A DNA stretch of 64,000 nucleotides from Octopus vulgaris (lineage: Eukaryota), in the NCBI GenBank assembly GCA_951406725.2, contig OX597832.1, positions 36,828,001-36,892,000 of the forward strand, given 5' to 3'. A program made the position numbers and the translations under genes. The notes beneath the pieces are model-generated. The model did not search any database. It was not told the origin of the DNA and worked only from the letters and a program-made list of their open reading frames with translations. Of the stretch, positions 25,380 to 36,621 are shown piece by piece (within the stretch, counting starts at the first letter, position 1; every line of letters begins with the position of its first letter).

Positions 25380-27190
25380 ACTCAATACTGTTTCGTAGAG
25401 TGCATGTATATTAAATTCTCATCAGTGAAAGATTGACAGTGACTTCGAAGTTCTAGCTTTCTCACCTTCATCATATGTGTATGTATGTATGTATGTTTGT
25501 GTATTATGTACTTGTATATGTGTGTATACATCTACTCTATAAATGCGAATATATGTCCTGGAGGCTCTGAACCGTTGTGTCTTCTAGAAAAAAATGAATT
25601 TGATTTTCAAAATCTGTGTCCCGATGAGAAGGTTGTAAATAATAATAATACAAGCAGTTCAATTTGCTGCATGAAATAACTCAATTTTTAGATCAACAAG
25701 TCTCCTCCTAATTGTCACCATCAATTTACCATTTATATTTACCATTCTGTTTATATTAACTCACACACATTGCTTTCATTTTGTTCAAAACTTTGTCTTC
25801 TAATGTTTGCTTTCATTCTATCACAACTCTTACATACAAATCCTGTTTTCTGGTTGGGTGAAAATGATCAAACTTTAAACCTCTGTAACATTTTTCTAAC
25901 AGTTTTATGGAATAAATGAATCACAAACTGGAATTCTCTGCCTGTGGTTAGATACAAGTATGTAACACATCTTCATCTTTTGCATTTTGTAATGAAAGGA
26001 TTGGAAACTTGGTAACAAAATTTTATCCTCATTTCTATATTCTTCTGCCTTTAGCTTCTAATGATTCATTGGTTTTCTAGAACTTTTTCCATTTTCTTGA
26101 TCATTATATAAAATCAGTAAGTTTTTACAAATATGTTTAAACATTCTGGCATTTCTAGAGTTAAATGCAGATAAATGGGGGAAAAAAATGTTCTCAGTCC
26201 TACTTTTAACTTTCCTAATATCTGGAATATTCAGTTTTGCTCTGTCTGTTTCATTTGTGATTAGACTTGGTGGAAATGCCTTTTGAATAAGTGTTTTTCA
26301 ATTCATCCACCCTAAAATCCAGTACTATAGTGCAAATTCTTTTTGCAAGGCTGAATGGAATGTTCATTCTTGTATGTTTGAGATGATGAGATGTGAAGAG
26401 AAGATTCTGCTTTGAAACTGTAAGTTTATAGTTGATGTCTGTTTCCATCTCCCCACATGTTTTCGTAATTAAAATGTCTAAAAATATCTGTTCCTTTTGG
26501 TTGAAATCCATCTTGAATTTAATATTATGGTTGATACTGTCCATAAGATTTTCATATTCTCTAAGTCTATCTAGATTATCCTGTCATGGAATCGGTCACC
26601 TCAATCTCTTTCCCGGTTGTCTTTTAAGTCTGTACATGTGTTTCTAAATGTTTATAGAGATTCATCATACATTTACTTCTCATTATAACCCATCTTTAAG
26701 TTGGCATATGGAGGGGAAGCTACAGGGCCTGGCATTGTCCATAATATTTATTGTACATTAAATCGCTGAATATGAATGAAATAATTTTATGATACAAGTC
26801 TCAGTCTACCAGTCTCCTTTCAATGCCTTCTCAAACTCAAGCTGGTATGTACGAAGCCAATATTTAATTGCAGTGATTCCATGCTCATTAGGCGTGTTTG
26901 TGTGTTAACATGAAAGGGAGCAAAAGTATTTTGGTTCAATGCTTATGATAAAGTGGTTATTTATTTGTAGATCACTAACAATATCAAATCGTATATGTAT
27001 TAAGTAAGCCTTCCATAGGATATCCAAAAATTACTTGGCCTGTGTGTTTCAGATGACGGATGTGCTCTAAACAGTCATAGTTTCAAATCCTGCACAGATC
27101 ATATTTCAACATATTTAGTTTTAGTGATTTTTTTGCAAGTATGACTAAAAGCTTAATTTTCATGTTTTGAAGTTGCAGTTGCTTATAAAA
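25380..27190 (-). mobile_element. Decayed Penelope-like element (RT, thumb, probable GIY-YIG end and terminal hammerhead remnant)
   Basis: Minus-strand pieces TNTPNEHGITAIKYWL, PPYANLKMGYNE, and ORF 26251-26544 IFLDILI...ETDINYKLT.SKQNLLFTSHH.KHTRMNIPFSLAKRICTIV are characteristic PLE RT/thumb motifs; CTGATGAG...CGAAAC at 25425-25390. Confidence 0.85.
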
Positions 27191-27197
27191 CTACGCA

Positions 27198-27735
27198 CAC
27201 ATTCGAACAATATGGCCACACCACCTCATTTAGTTCCTCAAAATCATAGCTTTAATTAAGGTGATGCCTGCAGAAGCAAGGACATCTGTGTTTGGAGTAA
27301 AAAAACTCCATTTAATTTTTAAAATGCGATGAAGGCATTTTTGGTGGAATTGTTCTAACAGTTTAAAATGCCTTTCATAACAAGTTCAAGTTTCCCAGGA
27401 ATACAACAGGGATGGTAAGACAAATGATTTGTAAAGAGCCAGCTTTGTATTCTTATTTATATGTCGCTGGCACCAAATACGTGACTCCAAGCCACCAAAT
27501 GCTTTTGCTGTCCTTCGAATTCGCAGCTATATTTCTGTATCAAGATTTCCATCATTTTGGACAGAGCTTCCAAGGTAGACAAATGAATCAAGAACCTCAA
27601 GTAACTTTCCCTTAAGAAAAATTTTAGGGAGGTTCCTAACAGCACCACATGCAGGTTGATACAATACAACTGTTTTATTCAAGTTGATGGTCAAGCCAAA
27701 ATCATCACAAGCTGAGTCAAATGCAGATACAAGAG

Positions 27736-27738
<3 letters not shown>
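27198..27738 (-). pseudogene. Second RTE family (BovB/RTE-1-like) RT C-terminal fragment
   Basis: One frame with three stops: FDSACDDFGLTINLNKTVVLYQP...LEVLDSFVYLGS...NLDTEI*LRIRRTAKAFGGLESRIWCQRHINKNTKLALYKSFVLPSLLYSWET*TCYERHFKLLEQFHQKCLHRILKIKW...MRWCGHIVRM. Confidence 0.92.
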
Positions 27739-27783
<45 letters not shown>

Positions 27784-27793
27784 TACACATGTA

Positions 27794-28813
27794 TCATCAT
27801 AATCATCATCGTTTAATGTCTGCTTTCCGTGCTAACATGGATTGGAAGATTTGACTGAGGACTGGCGAACCAGATGGCTGCACCAGGCTCCAATCTTGAT
27901 CTAGCAGTGTTTCTACAGCTGGATGCCCTTCCTAACGTCAACCACTCCAAGAGTGTAGTGGGTACTTTTACGTGCCACCTGCACAGGAGCCAGTCCAGCG
28001 GCACTGGCAACAACCTTGCTCGAATGCTTTTTACATGCCACTGGCACAAGTGCCAGTAAGGTGACGCTGGTAATGATTTCGCTCGAATGGTGCTTTTTAC
28101 GTGCCACCAGCATGGAAGCCAGTTAGCCGCTCTGGCAACGACCACGCTCGGATGTTGCTCTTAGCGCTCCACTAGCATGGATGCCAGTCATCAAATTTGA
28201 TTTCGATTTCACTTTCCTCAACAGGTCTTCACAAGCAGAGTTTAGTGTCCAATGAAGGAAAGGTACGCATAAGTGGGCTGGTTACACCCCTGGCATAGTC
28301 CACGAGGTTATGGTCTCATTTGACTTGCCGGGTCTTCTCGAGCACAACATATTTCCAAAAGTCTCGGTCACTGGTCATTGCCTCGGTGAGGCCTAATGTT
28401 CGAAGGCCGTGCTTCACCACTTCATCCGAGGTCTTCCTGGGCCTACCTCTTCGACAGGTTCTCTCAACTGCTAGGGTGTAGCACTTTTTCACACAGCTAT
28501 CCTCATCCATTCTCACCACATGACCATACCAGCACAGTCATCTCTCTTGCGCACCACATCTGATGCTTCTTAGGTCCAACTTTTCTCTCAAGGCACTTAT
28601 ATTCTGTCTAGTATGCACACTGACATTACACATCCATCGGATCATACTGGCTTCATTCCTTGTGAGCTTACGCATGTCCTCAGCAGTCACAGCCCATGTT
28701 TCACTGTCATGTAATATGGCTGTTCATACACATGCGTCATACAGTCTACCTTTTACTTTGAATGAGAGGCCCTTTGTCACCAGCAGAGGTAGGAGCTCTC
28801 TGAACTTTGCCGA
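27794..28813 (-). mobile_element. Young 5'-truncated RTE LINE with 3' UTR of internally repeated TGGCACGTAAAAAGCA units
   Basis: KFRELLPLLVTKGLSFKVKGRLYDACV...SETWAVTAEDMRKLTRNEASMIRWMCNV...WYGHVVRMDEDSCVKK...RGRPRKT; (CAT)n tail at 27794; many CpGs retained. Confidence 0.95.
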
Positions 28814-28816
28814 GGC

Positions 28817-29059
28817 TAAATTTTCCTGTTAACACATGCCAAGGACATAAAATAATTTTTACACGAGATATCAAAATAGCTAAATGTCTCAACCCAACAT
28901 ATATACTGGTATTAAATGGCTTATATAACCATTCATAAATACATACATATGTGTGTGTGTTTGTATATATATATTTATAAATATATATGTGTGTGTATTT
29001 GTATATATATATTTATAAATATATATGTGTATATATTTATAAATAAATATATATATATT

Positions 29060-29093
<34 letters not shown>

Positions 29094-29516
29094 TATATAT
29101 TTATAAATATATATATATATAAATAAATATATATATTTATAAATATATATATATATAATAAATATATATATTTATAAATATATATATATATAAATAAATA
29201 TATATATTTATAAATATATATATATATAAATAAATATATATATTTATAAATATATATATATATAAATAAATATATATATATATAAATATATATATCTTTA
29301 TAAATATATATATCTTTATAAATACATATATATATATAAATAAATATATATCTTTATAAATACTCACACACACACATGTATGTATGTATGTATGTATGTA
29401 TGGTTATATAAACCAATTAATCCATGCATGTATGTTGGGTTGAGGCATTTAGCTATTTTGACAATCTTGTGTAAAAATTATTTCATGCCCTTGGCATGTG
29501 TTAACAGGAAGATTTA
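28817..29516. repeat. About 130-bp inverted repeats enclosing a TA-derived ~36-bp higher-order repeat
   Basis: TAAATTTTCCTGTTAACACATGCCAAGGACAT...AAAATAGCTAAATGTCTCAACCCAACATA pairs with TATGTTGGGTTGAGGCATTTAGCTATTTT...CCTTGGCATGTGTTAACAGGAAGATTTA. Confidence 0.9.
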
Positions 29517-31256
29517 AGTAGCAACATTATGATAGACGTGTTTATAGTTAAATAAATAATGAGACCCAATTCTGCTGCTGCTGGTGGTGGTGGTGGTGAT
29601 TGTGACAGTGGTTGTGCAGTTGGTATTCATTGTGGTGGTAATTGCGAGGGTTATAGTGCTGCTACCAGTGAATGTGATGATATCGCTGATGATGTTGATT
29701 GATACATTTATAGTGTTTCATCTCCTGCACTAACCATAAAAGCTATTTCACATTCTGTTTTGTTGGTTTTTCTATATTTTATTTCCATCTCACATTTTAT
29801 ATTACTGGCAAAAGCAGCAGCAGCAGCATGTTTGGGGAGGGTTAACATAGCAGTTATTATTTCTGTTTGTCTGTTCATGGACTTTAACAGTTCCATCCAG
29901 GAAAAAAGTGTTGAAATTTCAAAATATAATCAAAAACCTATATCAGAACGGCTTTCATACATAAAACTCTCACTTGCTGAAAAATAAATGTTTTATGCCA
30001 TTATTTTCCATAGAATTTGTGTTTCGTTGCATGCTGTCGTTGTGTGGCTGAGCACTGCTTTAGGTGTGTCTTGGGTTCCTGCAGCATTTGTTTTCTTTTT
30101 TGTGTGTGTGTGTTTTGTCCAAATACTACATGTATAGTAGCTAATAGTACATTGTGTGCATATAAGTCCATCTGTTTTGGTTATGCGTCTGTTTGCTGTT
30201 TTTTAATCAGTCTCATGGTAACCATTTATATGACGATAGCTTTTGTTTGCAACCCTCATGTTCCCATTATCTTTTTTCCCATATCTTTATATTCAGAAAG
30301 ATGGGCTTTTTTTTAATGTAATTCATTATCATGTGTTGGGGTTGATACATCAAATGGGAGGTATTTCCTTTTTTTCTATATTCTTGTATTTTGGTTGTCC
30401 TTGACAGCAACATCTGGTCAATTCGCTTTCATCTTTCCAACTACAATGTTGCATGTCCTAAATTATGGTCAGATTGTACTTTTCTGGCATTTCTACTATA
30501 TTTTTTCTGTTGGTATTTTACAATACTGACATAATTTCCAGAGTATGAAAGTCCAAGCTCTGTCATTCTTGTGTGTGTGTGTGTGTGCGTGCATGTACAT
30601 GTGTGTGTGTCTGCCTCTAGTGCCAAAAAGTACTGTCCCCAAAAGACATTCAGTCCTGTCAGCCATGCCAAATAGTCTCATTCTGAAATAACTAATGACC
30701 ACCACTACTCTCTCAATCCAGTTTCAAATAACTACTGGCCACTTCTACTGCTCTGACACTCTTAATGGTTTGATGTAATCCAACTGAATGTGATTGATGA
30801 TTCTAGTATCTGTGTGAGAGAGAGAGAAGGATGTGGAAAGAGTTTGTGTGTTTTTGTTTGGGGGGACAGGTGGAAAGTATGTTTGTATGAGCAAATGTAA
30901 AGGAGAGATGTGATTGCATGAACAAATAGAGAAGCTGGAAAAGTTTGTCTTTGTACGTTTTCTTCCAGGACTATTTTCCAAATTTCTCACCAGTGGCCAA
31001 AGAACCAAATTTTAACCCTAAACCAAAGCTCTTCCATTGAATTTTTGACAACATACACATGATGTTTGTATGTATGAATGTCTACATATATATATATATA
31101 TTTGTTTCTTGTTTTCTTTTGTTTCGTTCACTTTCCTTTATTTTCCCTTTCTTTTTTTTCATTTTACCCTTTTATCATATTTAGTCTCTGCCATCTCAGT
31201 CTATCACAGCAAATCTATATAAATGTACAAAGTCCATCATTTTCTTCAGTTATAAC

Positions 31257-31302
31257 TTGCCTGAAGACCTGGTGCACCTATAGACGAAACTCGGAGTACC
31301 AT
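31257..31302 (+). ncRNA. Hammerhead ribozyme remnant (core intact, stems decayed)
   Basis: CTGAAGA (31261-31267), 18-nt stem II region, GAAA, CTCGGAG, TA: canonical core order with a self-complementary stem III; closing pairs of stems I and II are mismatched. Confidence 0.55.
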
Positions 31303-31412
31303 GAGACTAACCCAATCAAAATAAAATATGTTGTTAATCTCTAATATGGTCAACTTTTATACACACACATATATATACATACATACATATATATATATAT
31401 ATACTTTATATA

Positions 31413-31568
31413 AAGCAGCAGAAAATTCTACAAAACCTGTTACTCTGAGTTTCGCATTGCCGTCCGATGAACGGCAACGCAACTCAAGCGTTTTGTAAAT
31501 TTTCTGCTGCTTAAATAAAGTATTACTTACCACTGGTATTTGAGTTTTTTTCCACCTTGTAGTGTTTA

Positions 31569-31612
<44 letters not shown>

Positions 31613-31764
31613 TAAATATTAGGAATAAATCTTTACAGGAAAAAATCTTTAGCCAATAAAAAATATTAAAATATTATTAGCATATTACTCTACCACTGGT
31701 ATTTGAGTACTTCTTTTTCAAATTATGACCACCTTGTTTCACATTATGTGTTTACTCCGTTTTG
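31413..31764. mobile_element. Penelope-like terminal-repeat fragments in (TA)n: 100-bp inverted duplication with hammerhead parts, plus two copies of the downstream tail
   Basis: AAGCAGCAGAAAATTCTACAAAAC...TTGCCGT-CCGATGA-ACGGCAA...GTTTTGTAAATTTTCTGCTGCTT; the minus strand reads GAAA-CTCAGAG-TA-ACAGG; TATTACT.TACCACTGGTATTTGAGT recurs at about 31521 and 31683. Confidence 0.7.
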
Positions 31765-31834
<70 letters not shown>

Positions 31835-31929
31835 ATATATTATATATATATATATGATATATACATACGCACACATACAGAGAGAGAGAGAGAGGTGTAT
31901 ATGTATGAAAGCATATTTTGTATGGATGT

Positions 31930-32560
31930 GTGTAGTATGCGCGCACGCGCACCACAGAAAGCGGTGAGAAGTGCTTCTCGGAGTGTGTAAACGATCAATG
32001 GGAAGCGTTAGTGTGTGTGCGCATATGCCCCACCCCCCCGAAAAAAAAGAACAACAACAACAACATTCTTTTGCTTCCCATTTCAGTCTTGATATCTAAA
32101 ACTATAACGATTATTTTCTGCCTTAGCAACGGTAAATCCCACCGTAAACACGTTACCTAGTTACCGACAGATGTGCTTTGCTAGCAACAATAGCAGCTAC
32201 AACAACCGGCGTGTTTCGTAATCGTCAGCCTCACCACCAGACTACTACTACTACTACTACAGCTACTACAGCTACAACCACGTACTTCAATCAGGGAATG
32301 GCACCGTTCACCTATTGTTGTATGTATGGGTGTAGAAACTAACCACGTATAATTTCACTATTCCTTAAGACTCGTTCTTCCTCTCCCTCTGTATATATAT
32401 AAGATGTTGAATATAAATGATGGTATTTAATAACTATTCCCTCATGTCAATATTGGCCTGAACAATAGAGAATCTGTGTCTGCCAGCCTATATTATCTCT
32501 TCGATTTACCGAGCAAATTTGCTATATTATCCTGAAATTGGCCCCGCCGTGGTCTTCCTC
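31930..32560. promoter_or_regulatory. Left edge of CpG-retaining domain with NRF1-like, RFX X-box-like and GC-box-like motifs
   Basis: CGCGCACGCGCA 31940-31951; CTGCCTTAGCAAC 32118-32130, GTTACCTAGTTAC 32152-32164, TTTGCTAGCAAC 32177-32188; ATTGGCCCCGCC near 32537; abrupt rise in CG dinucleotides. Confidence 0.45.
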
Positions 32561-33139
32561 TCCTATATTAAAACACTTTCACACACACCCTTAAATCTTT
32601 AGGTACGCACACACACAATGGGTGCGTGGGGGGAAATGAACTCGATATTTTCGAAATTGAAGTAATTAGGGAAACTGTTTGATGTTATAAATATAGTGAT
32701 TGAATAATGGAAAGGGGGGGATGAGGAGACGGTACACATGGTAACTATTTAAGCTAACTGATGGTGATGATAGTGATAAGATCTGAGAGAATTCTATACT
32801 TATATATTTACTACTACTACAGTTTAGATTATTCTTATCTCTGCCATCGGAAATCTTGTACTCGCCAAATTTCCTCGTCTTGTTTTTAAAAAAGTGCATG
32901 TGTGGACGCATGCATATACACACATATCCATATTAGCACTAAAAACACTGATCACGCACCAGATGTAAATCTTTAGATGTTATACAACGGAATCTAGAAT
33001 ATCTTGATGGTGGAGAATTATGTTAAATTGATTTTTCTTTCATCGATATCTCTGTCATTTGTCTATCTATTTCTCCATATATCGATAACTAAACCAAGAA
33101 CCAAAGAATTTTTTCTTCTTCTCTCGCACGTCACGGTAA

Positions 33140-33815
33140 CCACGTATTTCTATGTATGTGGTCGCTCGAACTGCTAGAAATTGTAGCCAAATGTATAATC
33201 ACACTTCACCATCGCAATCTTACATTCTCATTAAGATTGAATGGTCAAGGTTTAAATACTTTGTGTCGTAGATCTCTGCTCAATCGGATTTCACCTAGGG
33301 TTGAACTACAATTACAACTATTTGTCTATTTTTGTGTCTGTATTTCCCCATCATTATGCCTACACTATGTAATTATAGGAATGCGTCTGCGTATATTTGC
33401 AGGTAGAGATATATCGTCTTCGTAACAGTCTTTTATAATTTCTGATTATTAATAAAATGAAAGTAAAGGTTCGATCTTTAATCGATCGCTAAGGTTTTAT
33501 CATAGTTTCCTTAGAAGTGGGGGGGGAGTAGACTATAGTTATGGGTGTTTGGTGAAGGAGCTGGAAGATGAAAGGCTGACCTAAATGACAACTGACCCTT
33601 AGTCTTTGCCTCCTCGTAGCTACACAAGTTTACATCAACCCCAACGAAGAAACCTCTATGTGGTCAGCCGACTTGCTAGAGAAAGCAACTAAATTACTCT
33701 CAAACCATAATACCCAACTGTCTAAAATGAGCGGAAGACGCATTCGATAATGCTGTCCTGCAAACCCCTATAAGGTTTGTTCAATCAAGATTGGCCTGGG
33801 TTTAAGCCGTATACA
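33140..33815 (+). repeat. Two copies of an unclassified ~180-bp interspersed repeat (others at 36755-36915 and, reversed, 58568-58762 and about 10080-10280)
   Basis: Shared CTATGTGGTC.C..GA.TGCTAGA.A..GC..C.AAAT...CAAA.CA...C start and ...GA..T.ACCT.GGG.T.AA end. Confidence 0.6.
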
Positions 33816-33849
33816 TTACCATCCACCCCAGTATGTGTGCGTGTACACG

Positions 33850-34019
33850 TAACATACCCAGGCACAACACGAAACCCCTTAGAAACTGTAAACGATCTCC
33901 GCCATTGCAGTGAATAGAGGAAGTGGTATTTCTACCTCTGTTTTGTGGAGAGTGCATCCAGCGACCAACACGACTCGTTTTTTTTCACCGTTCACCCCTC
34001 CCCCCTTTCTCCCTCCTTC

Positions 34020-34050
<31 letters not shown>

Positions 34051-34592
34051 CTTCTCTCTCTCTCTCTACACATCGTTCATGCTTTTCCCCTTCGTTATGT
34101 CTCTCGGATTAGCGATTCGGAGTGCAGGGTTCTCTTTCATCTGAGACCAAAACACTTAGATATACTCAACACCAATAATTCAAATCCTGCCACCACACAC
34201 TCGCACTGCTCTCTTAATTGCTGTAAGCCGGCATCATGATTGGTATCGATTGAGTTATTCACATTTCATTTCCTACAACCGCTCCCTCTGTTTATATATA
34301 TATACACATATATACATATATATACGTCTGTCTCCCTTTGACTCTTACTAAGAAGTTGTCACACCCTCTGTCACCAACAAACCTCTCCGACCACACCAGG
34401 CGCGACAAATAAGTGGTGGGGGTTTCGCCTCCGTCGATGCCCCCCCAGGATCTAATAATAAATCTACCGTGGAGCTTTATAAACTTGTATCTACTATTCT
34501 CCATGTTTTATTATTCCAACTATGTATAAGTCAGTTAGAAACACTAAAAAAAAGGAACCTTACTATTACGATTCCCGAATTCCTAGGTAAGA
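33850..34592. promoter_or_regulatory. Candidate divergent promoter / non-coding first exons around a (CT)n tract
   Basis: CpG-rich unique sequence; (CT)n at 34023-34066; minus-strand donor TGG|GTATGT at 33857 and plus-strand donor TAG|GTAAGA at 34587, facing away from each other. Confidence 0.35.
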
Positions 34593-35531
34593 CCGACTGT
34601 CTCTTCACTTTTTGCATCATAATGTTTTGATATTAAGTAATGTTTGTTTATTATGTATTGTGGTTGTCCAACCTGATCTTGGTTGTCGTAATTGAAACAA
34701 ATTAAAGGCCTTAGACATGTGTCTATTTAGCCATCTCCCCCATCTGTTTGTCTGTTTCCCTCTATTCACTAGAAACACACTTTATATCCATGTATTGATA
34801 AAGCTAGACACACGTCTGTCCCCTCTGCTTTACGAAACTCCAGGTCTCTGAGTCACTGTTTATGGAAATATAAATATTCCACTTTATGTCTTGAGTTCTG
34901 TGTGTGTGTGTGTGTGTATAAATCTACACGTGTTGTTTAGTAGTCGTCTCTAGCCACGATCCAATTTTGAATCTCGGCTGGACTCCGCTTCATTTAATTC
35001 AAATATGCCGTTGGCAATAAAAGGTATGCAAGGGACTTGTGATCTCTCTCTCTCCCTGTTATGTGTGGTTTCGATGGAAGTACCCGCCCTCAGTGTGTGC
35101 GTGTATGTGAGAGACAGACAGTGAAGCAGGGGGGTATCAGGTGTAGTAACCAACATTTTTGTCAGTGTCAAGTTCAGGCTGGGAGAATGAATGCACATTA
35201 AAACTAGTTTGCTTAGTGAGTAGTTAAAGTGACTTTCTCCACCTGATTGGGCCACATACCTACCTATCCACCTACAAAACTTACCGACCGACTTTAACCT
35301 ATATATTACATGTAGTATAATATACAGATATTCATGTGTGTCTACGCTCACATACTTAACACGCACCTAGCAACATAACTGTCGACTTTAATCGCCAACT
35401 ACACATGTAACATAACGAATACATTTTATTCTCTACTTTAATATCCAGTTATATCTATTTATTTTTGCTGTTGATCTGTCTGTCCTTCAGTGGATAGGAT
35501 CTGCCTATTTATCTCTCTCGCGCTCACTATC

Positions 35532-36264
35532 TAGGGAGTGGGGCAAAGTTAGTAATTTATGATTTTTTAAATTCTTTTCTCGTTTAAAACCATTACATTG
35601 CAAGTTTTGATTGTTTCGTTATTTTGAACTGTTACATCATCTTTAAAGTTAAAAATTGGTCAACATAGTTGTTGAAGTTGAGAGTTTGCGACTGTCAAGG
35701 TACCCCTTTTTTTTTTTTTGGTTTTTAAGAAATTTTCCCTCAACTTTGACCCGTTGGAATTAAGGTTGCGAAAAAATATCCGGAGAATTTTTTGGTGTTT
35801 AACAACCAATATTCGTTTCTCTGTTGGATTCGAAGTCATACGCATGTCTTGTTTGATCATTTTCAATTTTCTGGAAAAAAAAGAAAAGATAGGGTCTAAA
35901 CTGGGCCAGAATGAGTAATAAACTAATTTCAATAATCTCTTCGCTTGAACTGCTTGGTGTGTTATCATGAAGAGTGCTACTTGAGCAGATTGTGAAGAAG
36001 CTGTCGTGTACCATTTTTCCCTGAACCTCTTTCATTTGACCTAGTTCTTTTAAACTTCTGTTGCATCTCTTTTGATCTTTTTCATGTCTAAGAATGGATA
36101 TTAATGTTGGCATTCTTTCGATAAAGGTTAATAGTGATTTAGTACATTTAGAGAAGGTCGTTCGCTTAGTTGATACGGTTTTTGTAAGGTAGTGAATATT
36201 TGTAAAAGATATTTTCTCAAAGTTAAAACTACAGTAAATCTTACTCATTGTGCCCCACCCCTTA
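35532..36264. mobile_element. Non-autonomous TIR DNA transposon, TA-flanked
   Basis: Left TAGGGAGTGGGGCAAAGTTAGTAA versus reverse complement of right end TAAGGGGTGGGGCACAATGAGTAA. Confidence 0.75.
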
Positions 36265-36590
36265 GCCACCCGTCTGTGTTGTTTAATAAAATGTCTATGG
36301 GGAAGGTCTATCTCTGCTCTCTAATTTAATACTGTAGCCATAAAAAAATACTTTAATCTTTAAAATTGCTTTTATCTTCCTGGTAAAGTTCTGAGTGAAG
36401 TATATAGTATTACAACCGTGTGTATGTAATGTGTTATGTATATTTGGTGTTTGTGTGTGTATTATACTGTGAGGATATATCACAGTTCTTATGATCACTT
36501 TTTAATGTGTACAAATATAGGATGGAGCATTAGTGTGTCTGTGCTTCTAAGTCTATCTGTTTGTATGTGTTTTATATTGTGACACTCAAA

Positions 36591-36621
<31 letters not shown>

